From: an uncultured Gemmatimonadaceae bacterium
GTDB lineage: Bacteria; Gemmatimonadota; Gemmatimonadetes; Gemmatimonadales; Gemmatimonadaceae
NCBI GenBank assembly: GCA_963781585.1
Contig: CAWAGQ010000008.1
Span: 224,001 to 288,000, forward strand
Length of the DNA stretch: 64,000 bases
Direction: 5' to 3'
The notes beneath the pieces are model-generated. The model saw only the letters and a program-made list of their open reading frames with translations, had not been told where the DNA came from and ran no database searches. Of the stretch, positions 10,801-19,888 are shown in pieces (positions within the stretch are counted from its first letter, which is position 1; each line of letters begins with the position of its first letter). The position numbers were made by a program, and so were the translations under genes.

Positions 10801-11096
10801 GTCGTGCGGGCGGGGCCGGTACGCCCGGCATGGATCAGAACGGTCTCCTCCAGGTGATCCAGCTCTTCCAGCTTCCTGGAAAGCCCGCTGCCAGTGGATT
10901 CGCGGCCTTCAACTTCCTCACCAATCTTGGCCTTGGACCCGTCGGCTTCGGCGGCGCAGCGGGTGGCGGGGCCGTGGCGCCCGGTGACTACGTCGTCTCC
11001 CTGACGGCTGGCGGCCAGACGATGCGGCAGAAGGTCCGGGTTGAGCGCGCGAACACCACGGGAGCTGTGACCTCGCCTTTCCAGGAGCGGCCCTGA
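7857..11096 (+). CDS. Secreted VPS10/sortilin-like beta-propeller (BNR/Asp-box repeat) glycosyl-hydrolase-like protein
   Basis: Signal peptide; 'WRNVGPANTLGRI'; many S/T-x-D/N-G-G-x-T-W Asp boxes; 'GGLQDNGSW', 'GGGDGF' and 'ATHGRGIWI'. Confidence 0.88.
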   Translation: MPRSPLLRSIAIAALVTPTVSPVFAQNAVMPFQFDSTTIASFRWRNVGPANTLGRISDVTGIPSPSKTFFAAAAGGGIWKSTNNGVTWRPVFDTQRVVAMGMLAIAPSDTMQVWAGTGEPNSRNTISPGGGVYKSIDGGITWKLMGLERTQAIGRIVVHPTNPDIVYVAALGAPWNASPERGLYKTTDGGQTWQLVKFISDKAGVVDVALDPANPDVVWAASWQRVRGPYFLNSGGPGSALWKSADAGRTWTEVKGGGFPETTKGRISIAIALSNPKTMYTMVEADTAPNAKPAPGKPRQESPSGLYRSDDGGATWNRTSNQNTRPFYYSQARVHPKNPDRVYWSSTPVLVSNDGGRTPINATVGIHVDHHAMWIDPIDPDRMIVGDDGGVAISFDQGGTYVFPNVFPIGQLYNISFDMQVPYRVCGGLQDNGSWCGPSRRRQGPITNSMWFNVGGGDGFVTQQDPNDPNTIYSESQGGSVGRLNYATGERVSLVKPQWRPAYDVWEDSLLVDFPDTTRPATRAQKKQVADIRARQRADSTALDLRWNWNSPYFISPHNPQTLYFGANRVLKSTKRGDDMFPISPDLTTADTMKIRVSMRTTGGITNDATGAETYCTIVSLNESPIRPGILFAGTDDGRVWISRNDGGAWEELTGRFPGVPAGTYVTRIEPSPHDSMTFFVTFDNHRNGDFTPYAYLTTDFGRTFRSIVANLPRGGPDYVHVIRQDLVNRNLLFLGTDVGAYVSANLGQTWQRFMTGLPTVPVHDLRIHPRDHELIAATHGRGIWIVDISALEQVTPQVMTQDVHLFEALTSYEFGDVPVEGQSTGNMVFEGTSSPYGVVIAYRLAARQSPVRVAIIDAAGDTMQVLNGPGAPGINRVAWGFQGKPPKRPPLSIAQHRDSVAQMERIVFVLDSLEKAGMNTMMLGMMRQLAKTGDLTPMFEMFGGGGRAAGPGGFGPPPPWNPRPAEQAGRGGGRGGAAGGGRAGGAGTPGMDQNGLLQVIQLFQLPGKPAASGFAAFNFLTNLGLGPVGFGGAAGGGAVAPGDYVVSLTAGGQTMRQKVRVERANTTGAVTSPFQERP

Positions 11097-11224
11097 ACGC
11101 TGTGCCTGAGCGCGTGTCACCCCTCGCTCGTCGTGGCGAAACGACGCACCCAGGCGGTGCGTCGGGACGGGCGTGGGTCATGGTAGCTGGCTGGTGTGGG
11201 CTGTCTGCGGGCGGAGGGTTGCAC

Positions 11225-11280
11225 CCTCACAGCTGATAGCGGTCCGCTGATGGTTGATCGCTGCTGTTCACAGCAGCTAG
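11225..11280 (+). repeat. Degenerate heptamer tandem repeat (GCTGAYN-like), intergenic
   Basis: cctcaca gctgata gcggtcc gctgatg gttgatc gctgctg. Confidence 0.5.
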
Positions 11281-11334
11281 CGGGTATCTTGCTACCAATC
11301 GGCCCATGCCGGGGTATCCCGGCGGGGGCCGGAC

Positions 11335-11382
11335 TGTCACTGGCCATGTGGGGGCCAATTTGTCACTGGCCATGTGGGGGCC
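11335..11382 (+). repeat. Perfect 22-bp direct repeat x2 (TGTCACTGGCCATGTGGGGGCC), period 26
   Basis: Copies at 11335-11356 and 11361-11382, separated by AATT. Confidence 0.9.
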
Positions 11383-11433
11383 GGTTTGGCAATCTTGGAA
11401 GTATCCGCGAACCCGCAGCCCGATCAGCTCGAG

Positions 11434-13068
11434 ATGTCAGCACTTGCCTCGTATCGCCAATCGCGCACATCGCCGTTCGGACGGCGCGTGGCGTCCGCAC
11501 TGCTTGCCGCGTTGTTCTTGGGCGCCACGGGCAGTCTCGGCGCGCAGGGCGGCAAGCCCCCTGCCAGGCCTCCCGCACGTCCCGCGGCACCCAAGCCAAC
11601 CACAGCACCGGACAGTGCCCGGCCGCAGCCGGACAGCCTCGCTTCCCAGGCGGCGCCGCCTTCGGCCGCGCTTGCCTCGATCAGCGGCAGCGTCTACGAC
11701 AGCGTGCACATGGCCCCGCTGCAGAGCGCAGTAGTGCACGTTGTGGGCACTGCCCGTATGTCGTTCACGAACGAAACGGGACACTATCGCATCGACAGCG
11801 TTCCGCCGGGAATGCGCCGGGTGGGTGTTGAACACGCGCTGCTGGATTCCATTGGCGTGACGATGGTTACGGATTCCTTTGATCTGCATGAGAGCGACAA
11901 CAAGATCCTCGATCTCGCCGTACCCTCGAGCGAGACGATGGTCGCCGTGTCCTGTCCGCCCGCCCGGCGTGCGTTAGGCCCGACGGCAATAATCGGCCGG
12001 CTGCTCGATGCCGACACCGATGCTCCTGTAGCCGGCAGCCGCGTCTCGTTTGCCTGGTCGGAGATCTCCATCACCTCCGGGTTGCGCCGTGTTCCCCGCG
12101 TAATGGACGCCACCACGGGCAAGGATGGCGTCTTCCGGATCTGCGGCCTCCCGAAGGAAGTCGAGGGGACGCTGCAAGCCGAGATGAAGGGCATCACCAC
12201 CGCCGAGGTGCCAATCAAGATCGAGGCGACGGCGCTGAGGATTCAGGGACTGCGCATCGGCAACGCGAAGACGGTCGCGCAGGTGGACAGCGACAGCACC
12301 TCGAAGCCAAAGACCGACGACAAGGTCACCGGCCAGCGCTTTTCGGCGCTCAACATGCAGCGGGGCAATGCCGTCCTGCAGGGACGCGTGGTGTTTGCCA
12401 ACGGACAGCCTGTGGCAGGCGCGCGCGTGGACGTGCGTGGGGCGCCGAGCGCCACGCTGACCAAGGAGGACGGGCAGTTCACGCTCTCGGAACTGCCGTC
12501 GGGTACGCAGACGGTGATCGCACGCCAGATCGGATTCGCCCCGGTGGAAGTACCGGTCGACCTTTCGACGCGCGCCCCGCGGAACGTGACCATCACGATG
12601 AGCAAGCCGGCGGCGCAACCGCTTCCCACCGTGGAGGTGAAGGCCGAACAGGACAAGGGGCTTATAAACCTCGGCTTCCTGTCACGACAGCGCGTGGGCA
12701 ATGGATACTTCGTTACCGGCGAGGATGTCATGAAACGCGCACCCAACGTGCTTACCGACGTGTTCCGGACCATTCCGTTGCTGCGCGTGACACCCGGCGG
12801 AGCGTACGGAAACGAGTACATTGTCGAGGAGACACGCCGGCAGGGCTTGACCAGTTGCGTGCGGTACGTGGTGGACAACGCGCCGTGGGAAGCCCTCTAC
12901 CCGGGTGATCTCGACCGCCTCATGCCTCCGTGGGAAGTCGGCGCCATCGAGGTCTACTCATCGGCAAGCGTGCCGATCCAGTTCACCGGCGCCGGTCAGT
13001 CGGCCTGTACGGTCATCGTGATATGGTCGAAGTCCAGCGTCGACGCGGCGGGCAGGCGGAAGAAGTAG
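11434..13068 (+). CDS. Secreted protein with carboxypeptidase-regulatory-like (CarboxypepD_reg) domains and a C-terminal TonB-plug-like domain
   Basis: Signal peptide plus Pro-rich linker; repeated 'I-x-G-x-V...P-V-A-G-A/S-R-V' Ig-like units; 'EVGAIEVYSS...CTVIVIWSK' plug-like end. Confidence 0.7.
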   Translation: MSALASYRQSRTSPFGRRVASALLAALFLGATGSLGAQGGKPPARPPARPAAPKPTTAPDSARPQPDSLASQAAPPSAALASISGSVYDSVHMAPLQSAVVHVVGTARMSFTNETGHYRIDSVPPGMRRVGVEHALLDSIGVTMVTDSFDLHESDNKILDLAVPSSETMVAVSCPPARRALGPTAIIGRLLDADTDAPVAGSRVSFAWSEISITSGLRRVPRVMDATTGKDGVFRICGLPKEVEGTLQAEMKGITTAEVPIKIEATALRIQGLRIGNAKTVAQVDSDSTSKPKTDDKVTGQRFSALNMQRGNAVLQGRVVFANGQPVAGARVDVRGAPSATLTKEDGQFTLSELPSGTQTVIARQIGFAPVEVPVDLSTRAPRNVTITMSKPAAQPLPTVEVKAEQDKGLINLGFLSRQRVGNGYFVTGEDVMKRAPNVLTDVFRTIPLLRVTPGGAYGNEYIVEETRRQGLTSCVRYVVDNAPWEALYPGDLDRLMPPWEVGAIEVYSSASVPIQFTGAGQSACTVIVIWSKSSVDAAGRRKK

Positions 13069-13127
13069 TGGAGAGACACGGGTCACAGATTATGGCGTCA
13101 TAGGTCATGACTCGAGGCTGTAATGAG

Positions 13128-14030
13128 CTATGAGTTCTGAGCTATGTCCGGTCTCGTCTCTTCGTGCGGCTCCATGTGGATCAGCACGCCCTGCACCGCC
13201 GGAATCTCGCCCATGATTGCCCGCTTCACCTTGCCGCTCACGATGTGAGCGTCGTGGAGTGACATCTCCGGTGCCGCCTGCACGTGGAGGTCAACGAAGT
13301 ACCCCGGTCCGGCGCGTCGCACCTTGAGCTTTTCGATGGCCTGAACGTCGTCCACGCCGCGTGATATCCGTGTGATGCGCTCGAGCAGTTCCGGCTCGGC
13401 GGTTCGGTCCATGAGTGCCTGTACGGCGGGTCGAATGAGTCGGGTCGCACTCCATCCGATCACCGCAGATGCGGCGAGAGCCGCCCAGTCGTCGGCAGAC
13501 TCCCACCCGGGACCCTTCCACAGCGCGATGCTGATGCCGATGAACGCTGCCGCCGAGGTCAGCGCGTCGCTGCGATGGTGCCAGGCGTCCGCGGTGATAG
13601 CCGCACTGCCCACGTCTCTGCCGACGGCGGCCACCCGGCGATAGAGAACCTCTTTCACCACCACCACGCCTACCAGTACCACCAGCGTGAATGGCGCTGG
13701 CGCGTGCTGCGGAGTGATGATCTCGCGGACGGCTTCGATCGCGATGCCCGCGGCCGCGCCGAACATCATCAGCGAAACCGTCGCGGCTGCCAGGGATTCG
13801 GCCTTGCCGTAGCCGAAGGGATACACATCGTCCGCTTCACGCGACGCGATGCGCAGACCGCTCCACACGATCACCGACGACAGGATGTCGCCGGTGGACT
13901 CCACGCCGTCGGCGATCAGCGCATAGGAGTTCCCCACCACACCGGCGACGAGCTTGAAGACCGCGAGCGCGGCGTTGATGAGGAGCCCGAGTTGGGCGAA
14001 TCGGATGCCGCGGGCGATGTCGAGGGGCAT
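13128..14030 (-). CDS. Cation diffusion facilitator (FieF-like) transporter
   Basis: 'ALIADGVES', 'YPFGYGKAE', 'ADAWHHRSD', 'AHIVS' and 'IHMEP'. Confidence 0.92.
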   Translation of the reverse strand: MPLDIARGIRFAQLGLLINAALAVFKLVAGVVGNSYALIADGVESTGDILSSVIVWSGLRIASREADDVYPFGYGKAESLAAATVSLMMFGAAAGIAIEAVREIITPQHAPAPFTLVVLVGVVVVKEVLYRRVAAVGRDVGSAAITADAWHHRSDALTSAAAFIGISIALWKGPGWESADDWAALAASAVIGWSATRLIRPAVQALMDRTAEPELLERITRISRGVDDVQAIEKLKVRRAGPGYFVDLHVQAAPEMSLHDAHIVSGKVKRAIMGEIPAVQGVLIHMEPHEETRPDIAQNS

Positions 14031-14136
14031 GGTGCGCGACGTGGCCGGTGTGTAATGGCCCGCGCATGGCAGCCTGGCAAGGGAGTCCCCACGGTGTGGG
14101 GGACGGTCACCTGTGTCCGAGTCTCGGTTCCAACGA

Positions 14137-14170
14137 CGCGGTGAACCGGGTCAACCCCCGGTTCACCGCG
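14137..14170. terminator. 14-bp GC stem hairpin downstream of the outer-membrane protein gene
   Basis: cgcggtgaaccggg-tcaacc-cccggttcaccgcg; no strong U tail. Confidence 0.6.
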
Positions 14171-14183
14171 AAACGCACAGCCT

Positions 14184-14783
14184 CTACTGTCCGCCCTTCA
14201 TCTTGAAGGTCAGCCCGACGTTGAGCGTGGCAGCGCCGGCTCCCACGTCCCCGTAGAGCGCCATGCTCGAACTCATGAAGTAGCGCGCGCCGGCCCGGCC
14301 GATGAAGTAAATGCCGGAGGAGTACGCCCCGCAGTAATTCGCCAGCGCCCCGGAGCAGCTCACGACTTCAAAACCCAGACCCAACCCGATAAAGGGATCG
14401 AACTTGGTGTTGTTCTCGAGGTGGAAATGGTAGTTGGCCGTGGCGCCGATCGGGATGTAGCTGACACTGCAGTCATAGGGCTTGCAGCCATTCCAGTGCC
14501 ACCAGTCGGCGCTCACCTCGATACCCAGGACGCCGTTGCTCAAACTCGGAAGCGTCTTGATGCCATGTTCAAATCTGCCGCCCAGCGAGATACTGGCCGA
14601 GCCGATGCCGCCCAGGCCGATCACCGGGCCAATGTCCGTGTAGCCGGGTCTGAAGCCTCCTCCGGCAGACGCGCCTTGCGCCGCCGCCGCTGTGCTCCCG
14701 CGACTTGCCTGTGCGTGGGTCGTCGAGTTGAGCACGAAAGTCAGTGCGGCTGCGACACCCAATAAACGCGTCATTCTCGGCAT
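14184..14783 (-). CDS. Small outer-membrane beta-barrel protein (OmpA/OmpW-like 8-stranded)
   Basis: GAGGAG RBS; signal peptide; alternating beta-strands 'ANYHF..FDPFIGLGLG', 'RAGARYF' and 'LNVGLTF'. Confidence 0.75.
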   Translation of the reverse strand: MPRMTRLLGVAAALTFVLNSTTHAQASRGSTAAAAQGASAGGGFRPGYTDIGPVIGLGGIGSASISLGGRFEHGIKTLPSLSNGVLGIEVSADWWHWNGCKPYDCSVSYIPIGATANYHFHLENNTKFDPFIGLGLGFEVVSCSGALANYCGAYSSGIYFIGRAGARYFMSSSMALYGDVGAGAATLNVGLTFKMKGGQ

Positions 14784-15111
14784 CTCTCGCTCCTCCTCGA
14801 CATGAGTGGAAAGGTGCGAGGATCCAACCACGCACCCAGGGGGCATATGTGACGGTTTTAACGGCCCTCACAATACAGTGCGAAAGACCAGTTCGCCACT
14901 CGTCATTTTTCGGCGAATCAGTGTCGTGTCGGAGTCCTCGACCTTCCCTATGCGCAAGATGTCAGGCAATACCCTCAACCCGTGACCGCCAGGTGTTCGC
15001 GCGGACCCCTGGGGCCGGCCATGTCACCCGAGTCGGTTTGTTCGGCCCCGAGACACTTCCTGCGTGATCGCCCTGCCGCCGCGCCACGCGCGGTGAGTCA
15101 TGGGCTGTGGC

Positions 15112-16560
15112 CTACTCCACCACTCGCTTCACGATCGTCCCGGCAGCGAAGGTCGTGCTTACCTCCACACCGTTGATGAGCGCCACGTCAGCAAGGGGAA
15201 TGACCGACGGGTAGGTCTGATTGAACTCAGTCACCGTCATCGCCCTCGGCAACGTCACGAGCGTGATGCGCTGAGGCTTCACGTTCAGTGCCTGCGGATC
15301 GGTCAGTTGCTGAAATGAGGAAATGGCCTGTCGGAGCGCTGCGTCGTACTGGTTCTCCAGCGCCGTCGTGGAATAGCCGAGGATCCTGTAGGTGGTCCCG
15401 TTCAGGCTCACGAACGCCACCCATCCGCTCAGGCTCCCCTGATCCGTCTGGGCACTGAACGAGCCGAGCGACGACGGCAGACCGTTGATGCTCGATGTCC
15501 CGGTCTGCTGTCCGCTCAGTCCTTGCTGGCCCAGGAAAGTTGTCAGGGCCTCGGACGGAGGCGTGGTCCCTGCCAGCGACAGCACGAGCACCGCATCCTG
15601 CGCCGGGCTGACCCCAACCACCTGGTCGGCCTGATTCGCGGTCTTCCATCCGCCCGGAAAATCAAGGCGGAATCGCAGCGTGGGGTGGAGAAACGTCGTG
15701 CCCCGGAAGTATCCCTGACGTGGATCCTCCCCGAAAACGATTCCACTCAGGTGCTGGAGGTACTGGTCGCGGTCGATCTTCAGCCCGCTCGGCAGCGGAC
15801 TCGCTGCGGCGATTCGCTGCTCCGTCTTCGCGACCCGGTTGCCGGGATCCGGATGGGTCGACAGCCAGCCCGGGGTCTTTCCACCGCTCGCGTTGCTGAT
15901 GCGCTCCAGGGTCTGGAACATCTGCTCCATGGCGTGCGGGTCGTAATGCGCCTGGAGCGTGTAGCGGAATCCCAGCTCGTCGGCCTGCGTTTCCTGGTCG
16001 CGGCTGAACTTCAGGAACAGGACGCCCATCGCCTCACTGGCCAGGTTGCCGAACTGCTGGAGTTCCGGACTCACGATCATGCCGACCCCGAGGGCAAGCC
16101 CGGCGATCTGCTGCCGCGACATTTCGTGCACCTGATGCTTCGCGGTGATATGCCCTGTTTCATGTCCCAGCACCGACACCAGCTGGGCTTCCGAATTCGC
16201 GTAGGTCAGCAGGCCTCTGGTGACGAACACCGGACCGCCGGGCAGCGCAAAGGCGTTCACCGACGCATCCTCGACCACCTGGTACGACCAGGGCAGGCCC
16301 GGACGCTCCGATTTCGGGCCGAGCATCATGCCTAACGACGAAACGTAGGCCTGCAGTGTCTGATCGTCGGTGAGTCCGATGGTCTGCGCCACTTCCTGTT
16401 TCCCCTGCTGACCGAGGGTGATCTCGTCCGACTCCGAGATCAGAGACAGCTCGCGCTTCCCGGTCACCGGGTTGGTCGCGCACGCCGCCACGGCGAGGGC
16501 CAACGCGGTGCAGCGAAACGCGGGACGGACCAGCGGGCCGGAGCCCTGAGACGTGCGCAT
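15112..16560 (-). CDS. M48 family Zn metalloprotease lipoprotein (BepA/YfgC-like)
   Basis: Lipobox 'AVAAC-ATNPVTG'; 'VNAFALPGG'; HETGH zinc motif; 'SRDQETQAD'; 'STHP'. Confidence 0.92.
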   Translation of the reverse strand: MRTSQGSGPLVRPAFRCTALALAVAACATNPVTGKRELSLISESDEITLGQQGKQEVAQTIGLTDDQTLQAYVSSLGMMLGPKSERPGLPWSYQVVEDASVNAFALPGGPVFVTRGLLTYANSEAQLVSVLGHETGHITAKHQVHEMSRQQIAGLALGVGMIVSPELQQFGNLASEAMGVLFLKFSRDQETQADELGFRYTLQAHYDPHAMEQMFQTLERISNASGGKTPGWLSTHPDPGNRVAKTEQRIAAASPLPSGLKIDRDQYLQHLSGIVFGEDPRQGYFRGTTFLHPTLRFRLDFPGGWKTANQADQVVGVSPAQDAVLVLSLAGTTPPSEALTTFLGQQGLSGQQTGTSSINGLPSSLGSFSAQTDQGSLSGWVAFVSLNGTTYRILGYSTTALENQYDAALRQAISSFQQLTDPQALNVKPQRITLVTLPRAMTVTEFNQTYPSVIPLADVALINGVEVSTTFAAGTIVKRVVE

Positions 16561-16859
16561 CGTGACCTCGTGCAGTTTGGGCTTGCGCGAACGCGAACGA
16601 AAGAACGGCGTGTGCGGCGCCGGGCCTGACCGGTGCCGTGTGCGGATCCGCGCGGACGAGCGCGTCGGCCGCGTTAGCCACCACTACGATACTACGATCC
16701 CGGGTCGAGTTCCGCCTCCGGGTTGACACGGCTCCATCCGGCGACCGGGAATGTACATCACACTCCGCGACGGACTCGTGCGATCTCGGTCCGCCGACGG
16801 CCAATCTTCCGCTCCGGCCTGCTGCGGCCTACGTTGGATCGACCTCGACCTTCCTCATC

Positions 16860-17621
16860 ATGCTCCCCCCTTCCGCCGGCACAGCACTCCATCGCGTACA
16901 CCGCATCTGGCTCGCCGCACTGACGTGCGCGGGCGCCGTCGCGTGCGCGCACCGCGCTACCAGCCACATTCCAGCCGCCGTGGCCGGCATCGAACCGCAA
17001 TCTCCCCGATCACAGCAGGGCGCATCATGGCGCCCCCTGTTCGACGGGACGTCACTCGCGGCGTGGCGCGGTTACCAGGCGGCCGCAGTTCCTGATGGCT
17101 GGAACATCGTGGACGGCACGCTGGCCAAGGACCATACCACCGGTGACATCATGACGAAGGACCAGTTCGGCAATTTCGAACTGGAGTTCGAGTGGAAGAT
17201 CGGGACCGGTGGCAACGGCGGCGTGTTCTATCGGGCCACTGAGGAATACAACCACATCTACTGGAGTGCGCCCGAGTACCAGCTGCTCGACGACGCCAAT
17301 GCGCCCGACGGCCGGAGCCGCCTCACATCAGCGGGTTCGGACTACGGCCTCTATCCCGCGCCGGCAGGAATCGTGAAGCCGGCGGGCGAATGGAACAGTT
17401 CGCGCATCGTCGTGAATGGCGCTCATGTGGAGCACTGGCTCAACGGCACCAGGCTGCTTTCCTACGAGCTCTGGAGTCCGGACTGGGAGGCGAAGGTGAA
17501 GGCAAGCAAGTTCGCACCCTGGGCCAACTACGGACGCGCGAAAACGGGATACATCGGGATGCAAGGCGATCACAATGGAACGCTGGCCTTCCGCAACATC
17601 CGGATCCGCGAGCTGCAGTAG
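16860..17621 (+). CDS. DUF1080 (3-keto-disaccharide hydrolase/lyase) domain lipoprotein
   Basis: 'WRPLFDGTSLAAW', 'FELEFEWK', 'PEYQLLDD', 'GEWN' and 'GYIGMQGDH...FRNIRIREL'. Confidence 0.9.
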   Translation: MLPPSAGTALHRVHRIWLAALTCAGAVACAHRATSHIPAAVAGIEPQSPRSQQGASWRPLFDGTSLAAWRGYQAAAVPDGWNIVDGTLAKDHTTGDIMTKDQFGNFELEFEWKIGTGGNGGVFYRATEEYNHIYWSAPEYQLLDDANAPDGRSRLTSAGSDYGLYPAPAGIVKPAGEWNSSRIVVNGAHVEHWLNGTRLLSYELWSPDWEAKVKASKFAPWANYGRAKTGYIGMQGDHNGTLAFRNIRIRELQ

Positions 17622-17662
17622 CCTCTGTGGCCTGTGGCCGTGGCCTCTGACCATTCCCCACC

Positions 17663-18913
17663 ATGCCCACTCGGCTGAAGCTTTCCACGATGATGTTCCT
17701 CCAGTACTTCATCTGGGGAGCATGGTTCGTCACGATGGGCACGTATCTGGGCCAGACCCTGCACTTCAGCGACCCGCAGGTCGGCCTGGCGTACGGTGCG
17801 ACAGCGATCGCCGCGCTCGTCTCGCCCTTCTTCATGGGAATCGTCGCCGATCGGTTCTTCGCCACCGAGAAGCTGCTGGCCGCGCTCCACATCATCGGCG
17901 GCGGCGTGATGTGGCTCGTTTCCACCCAGACCACGTTTGCGACCTTCTATCCGCTGTTGATCGTGTACGCGCTGTGCTACATGCCCACCCTGAGCCTCAC
18001 CAACTCCATCTCGTTTCACCACGTTGAGGATGCCGCGCGGGACTTCCCCTTCATCCGCGTCCTCGGAACCATCGGTTGGATCGTCGCTGGAACGCTCATC
18101 GGGAAGGTGCTCCACGTAGAACCGCTCGCCACGCCGATGCGGATCGCGGCAGGGGCGTCGGTCGTACTCGGCCTCTACTCCCTGATGCTGCCGCACACGC
18201 CACCCAGGGCCGCCGGCTCCCCGTTCAGCGTGCGCGACGCCCTCGGCCTCGACGCACTGCAGCTGCTGAAGCAGCGTGACTTCTCGATCTTCGTCCTCGG
18301 CTCCTTCCTGCTTTGCATACCGCTGCAGTTCTACTACACGTTCGCCAATCCCTTCCTGAACGAGATCCACGCGCCCGAGCCGGCGTTCATCCAGACGTTC
18401 GGCCAATGGTCCGAGCTCTTCTTCATGCTGCTTCTGCCGTTCTTCTTGAAGCGCTACGGCATCAAGACGATCATGCTCGGGGGAATGCTTGCCTGGTCGC
18501 TCCGTTATTTCGCCTTCGGCGCGGGGGACGCGGGCGCCGGGATGTGGCTCATCTACGCGGGAATCGTTCTCCACGGCGCCTGCTATGACTTCTTCTTCGT
18601 GGCCGGGCAGATCTACACCGACGAGCGCGCCGGTCCACGCATCCGCGCGGCCGCTCAGGGCCTCATCAACTTCGTTACCAACGGGGTCGGGTACTTCGTG
18701 GGCGCGTTCGTGTCCGGGGCCGTGGTCAGTCGGTATGCGGTCCCGAATCCGGCGTGCAGCGATGCAGCTGCCGCAGCCAATCAGTGCCTGCAGACCCTGC
18801 ATGACTGGCATGGGGTGTGGCAGGTCCCGGCCCTGGGTGCGCTCGCAGTGTTGATCCTCTTCCTCATCCTGTTCCGTCCCCGTCGCAGCGCCGGCGCTCC
18901 AGCTGCGGCGTAA
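17663..18913 (+). CDS. MFS nucleoside:H+ symporter family permease (NupG/YegT-like)
   Basis: '[15 protein letters not shown]', 'ADRFF', 'YMPTLSL', 'GTIGWI' and '[10 protein letters not shown]'. Confidence 0.92.
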   Translation: MPTRLKLSTMMFLQYFIWGAWFVTMGTYLGQTLHFSDPQVGLAYGATAIAALVSPFFMGIVADRFFATEKLLAALHIIGGGVMWLVSTQTTFATFYPLLIVYALCYMPTLSLTNSISFHHVEDAARDFPFIRVLGTIGWIVAGTLIGKVLHVEPLATPMRIAAGASVVLGLYSLMLPHTPPRAAGSPFSVRDALGLDALQLLKQRDFSIFVLGSFLLCIPLQFYYTFANPFLNEIHAPEPAFIQTFGQWSELFFMLLLPFFLKRYGIKTIMLGGMLAWSLRYFAFGAGDAGAGMWLIYAGIVLHGACYDFFFVAGQIYTDERAGPRIRAAAQGLINFVTNGVGYFVGAFVSGAVVSRYAVPNPACSDAAAAANQCLQTLHDWHGVWQVPALGALAVLILFLILFRPRRSAGAPAAA

Positions 18914-18915
18914 GA

Positions 18916-19851
18916 ATGGCAGGCGAGCACCCCCGACCCGGTATTGGCATCCGCACCCTCCGGCAGGTCGCGGCGATGACGGCCCGGCCTCCAATCGTCA
19001 TCGCCGCCCATGGACGCCACGCGCAATGCGTCGCGTTCACCCGGACCGGGCGGATTCTGCTGTCCGGTGGCCAGGACGCGCAGATCCGCCTCTGGTCGGT
19101 GCCCGGGTTCCACGCCGTGGGCACCATCGTTGGACATCGCAACAGCGTGAACGGCATCTCCTTCTCGCCTGACGAGAAATGGCTTGCCACCAGTTCGAGC
19201 GATGGGACGGTCCGGATCTGGTCGTTTCCCGAGGGCCATGCCGATCGCATCCTCCAGAAACAGATCTGGTCCGGTTTCTCGCCATCAGGGCGTCTGCTTG
19301 CGACCATTTCAACGAAAGGCGTCGTCACGCTCTGGGACGTCGAATCAGGCAAGGAGGTGACGCGGGTGAGCGCGCTTGATCGGCGGATCCTCAACGCGGC
19401 GTTCACGCCTGACGAGCGCACGCTCCTGCTTGGGGGCACCGGCCACATCCATCGGGTTGCGATTCCGGACGGTGGCGTCGAAGGATCCTTCAGCGCACAC
19501 CAGGGCGTGGTCGTGAGTCTTCGCGTCGCGCCGGATGGATCGACGCTCGCATCGAGCGGGCCGCCGGGCGAGGTCCGGTTCTGGTCCTTGCGCGACTGGG
19601 CGCTCCAGGGCGAGGTCGCGCTCGACGCAGCGGGAATGCTGTCAATGGCCTTCGCGCCCGATTCGTCGGAAGTGACCGTTGGCGTCGACTTCAACCTCCT
19701 GACCGTGCGCGTGGCTGAGCGCGCGATCACGGCGCGGCGTCGCGTCGGTGTGAAGGGCGTCTATGGAATAGCCTACTCGCCCGACGGCAAGTACCTCGCC
19801 AACGCCGCCGCCGACGGAAAGGTACGCGTCTGGGAACGCGATCGGATGTGA
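18916..19851 (+). CDS. WD40-repeat protein
   Basis: Repeats 'GHRNSVNGISFSPD..LATSSSDGTVRIW' and 'AYSPDGKYLA..ADGKVRVW'; alternative start at 18976. Confidence 0.85.
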   Translation: MAGEHPRPGIGIRTLRQVAAMTARPPIVIAAHGRHAQCVAFTRTGRILLSGGQDAQIRLWSVPGFHAVGTIVGHRNSVNGISFSPDEKWLATSSSDGTVRIWSFPEGHADRILQKQIWSGFSPSGRLLATISTKGVVTLWDVESGKEVTRVSALDRRILNAAFTPDERTLLLGGTGHIHRVAIPDGGVEGSFSAHQGVVVSLRVAPDGSTLASSGPPGEVRFWSLRDWALQGEVALDAAGMLSMAFAPDSSEVTVGVDFNLLTVRVAERAITARRRVGVKGVYGIAYSPDGKYLANAAADGKVRVWERDRM

Positions 19852-19888
19852 GCTGTCAGCCGTCCGCTGGTGTTTGGCCTTCCCGAGC

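Noticed and set aside
14846..14870. CRP/FNR-like TGTGA...TCACA site
   Set aside because: Spacer is 15 bp rather than 6.
17570..18994. Long antisense ORFs (also 5926-7347, 38356-39621, 32254-33273, 36490-37677 and others)
   Set aside because: Shadow or alternate-frame ORFs over well-supported genes; expected in high-GC DNA with few stop codons.
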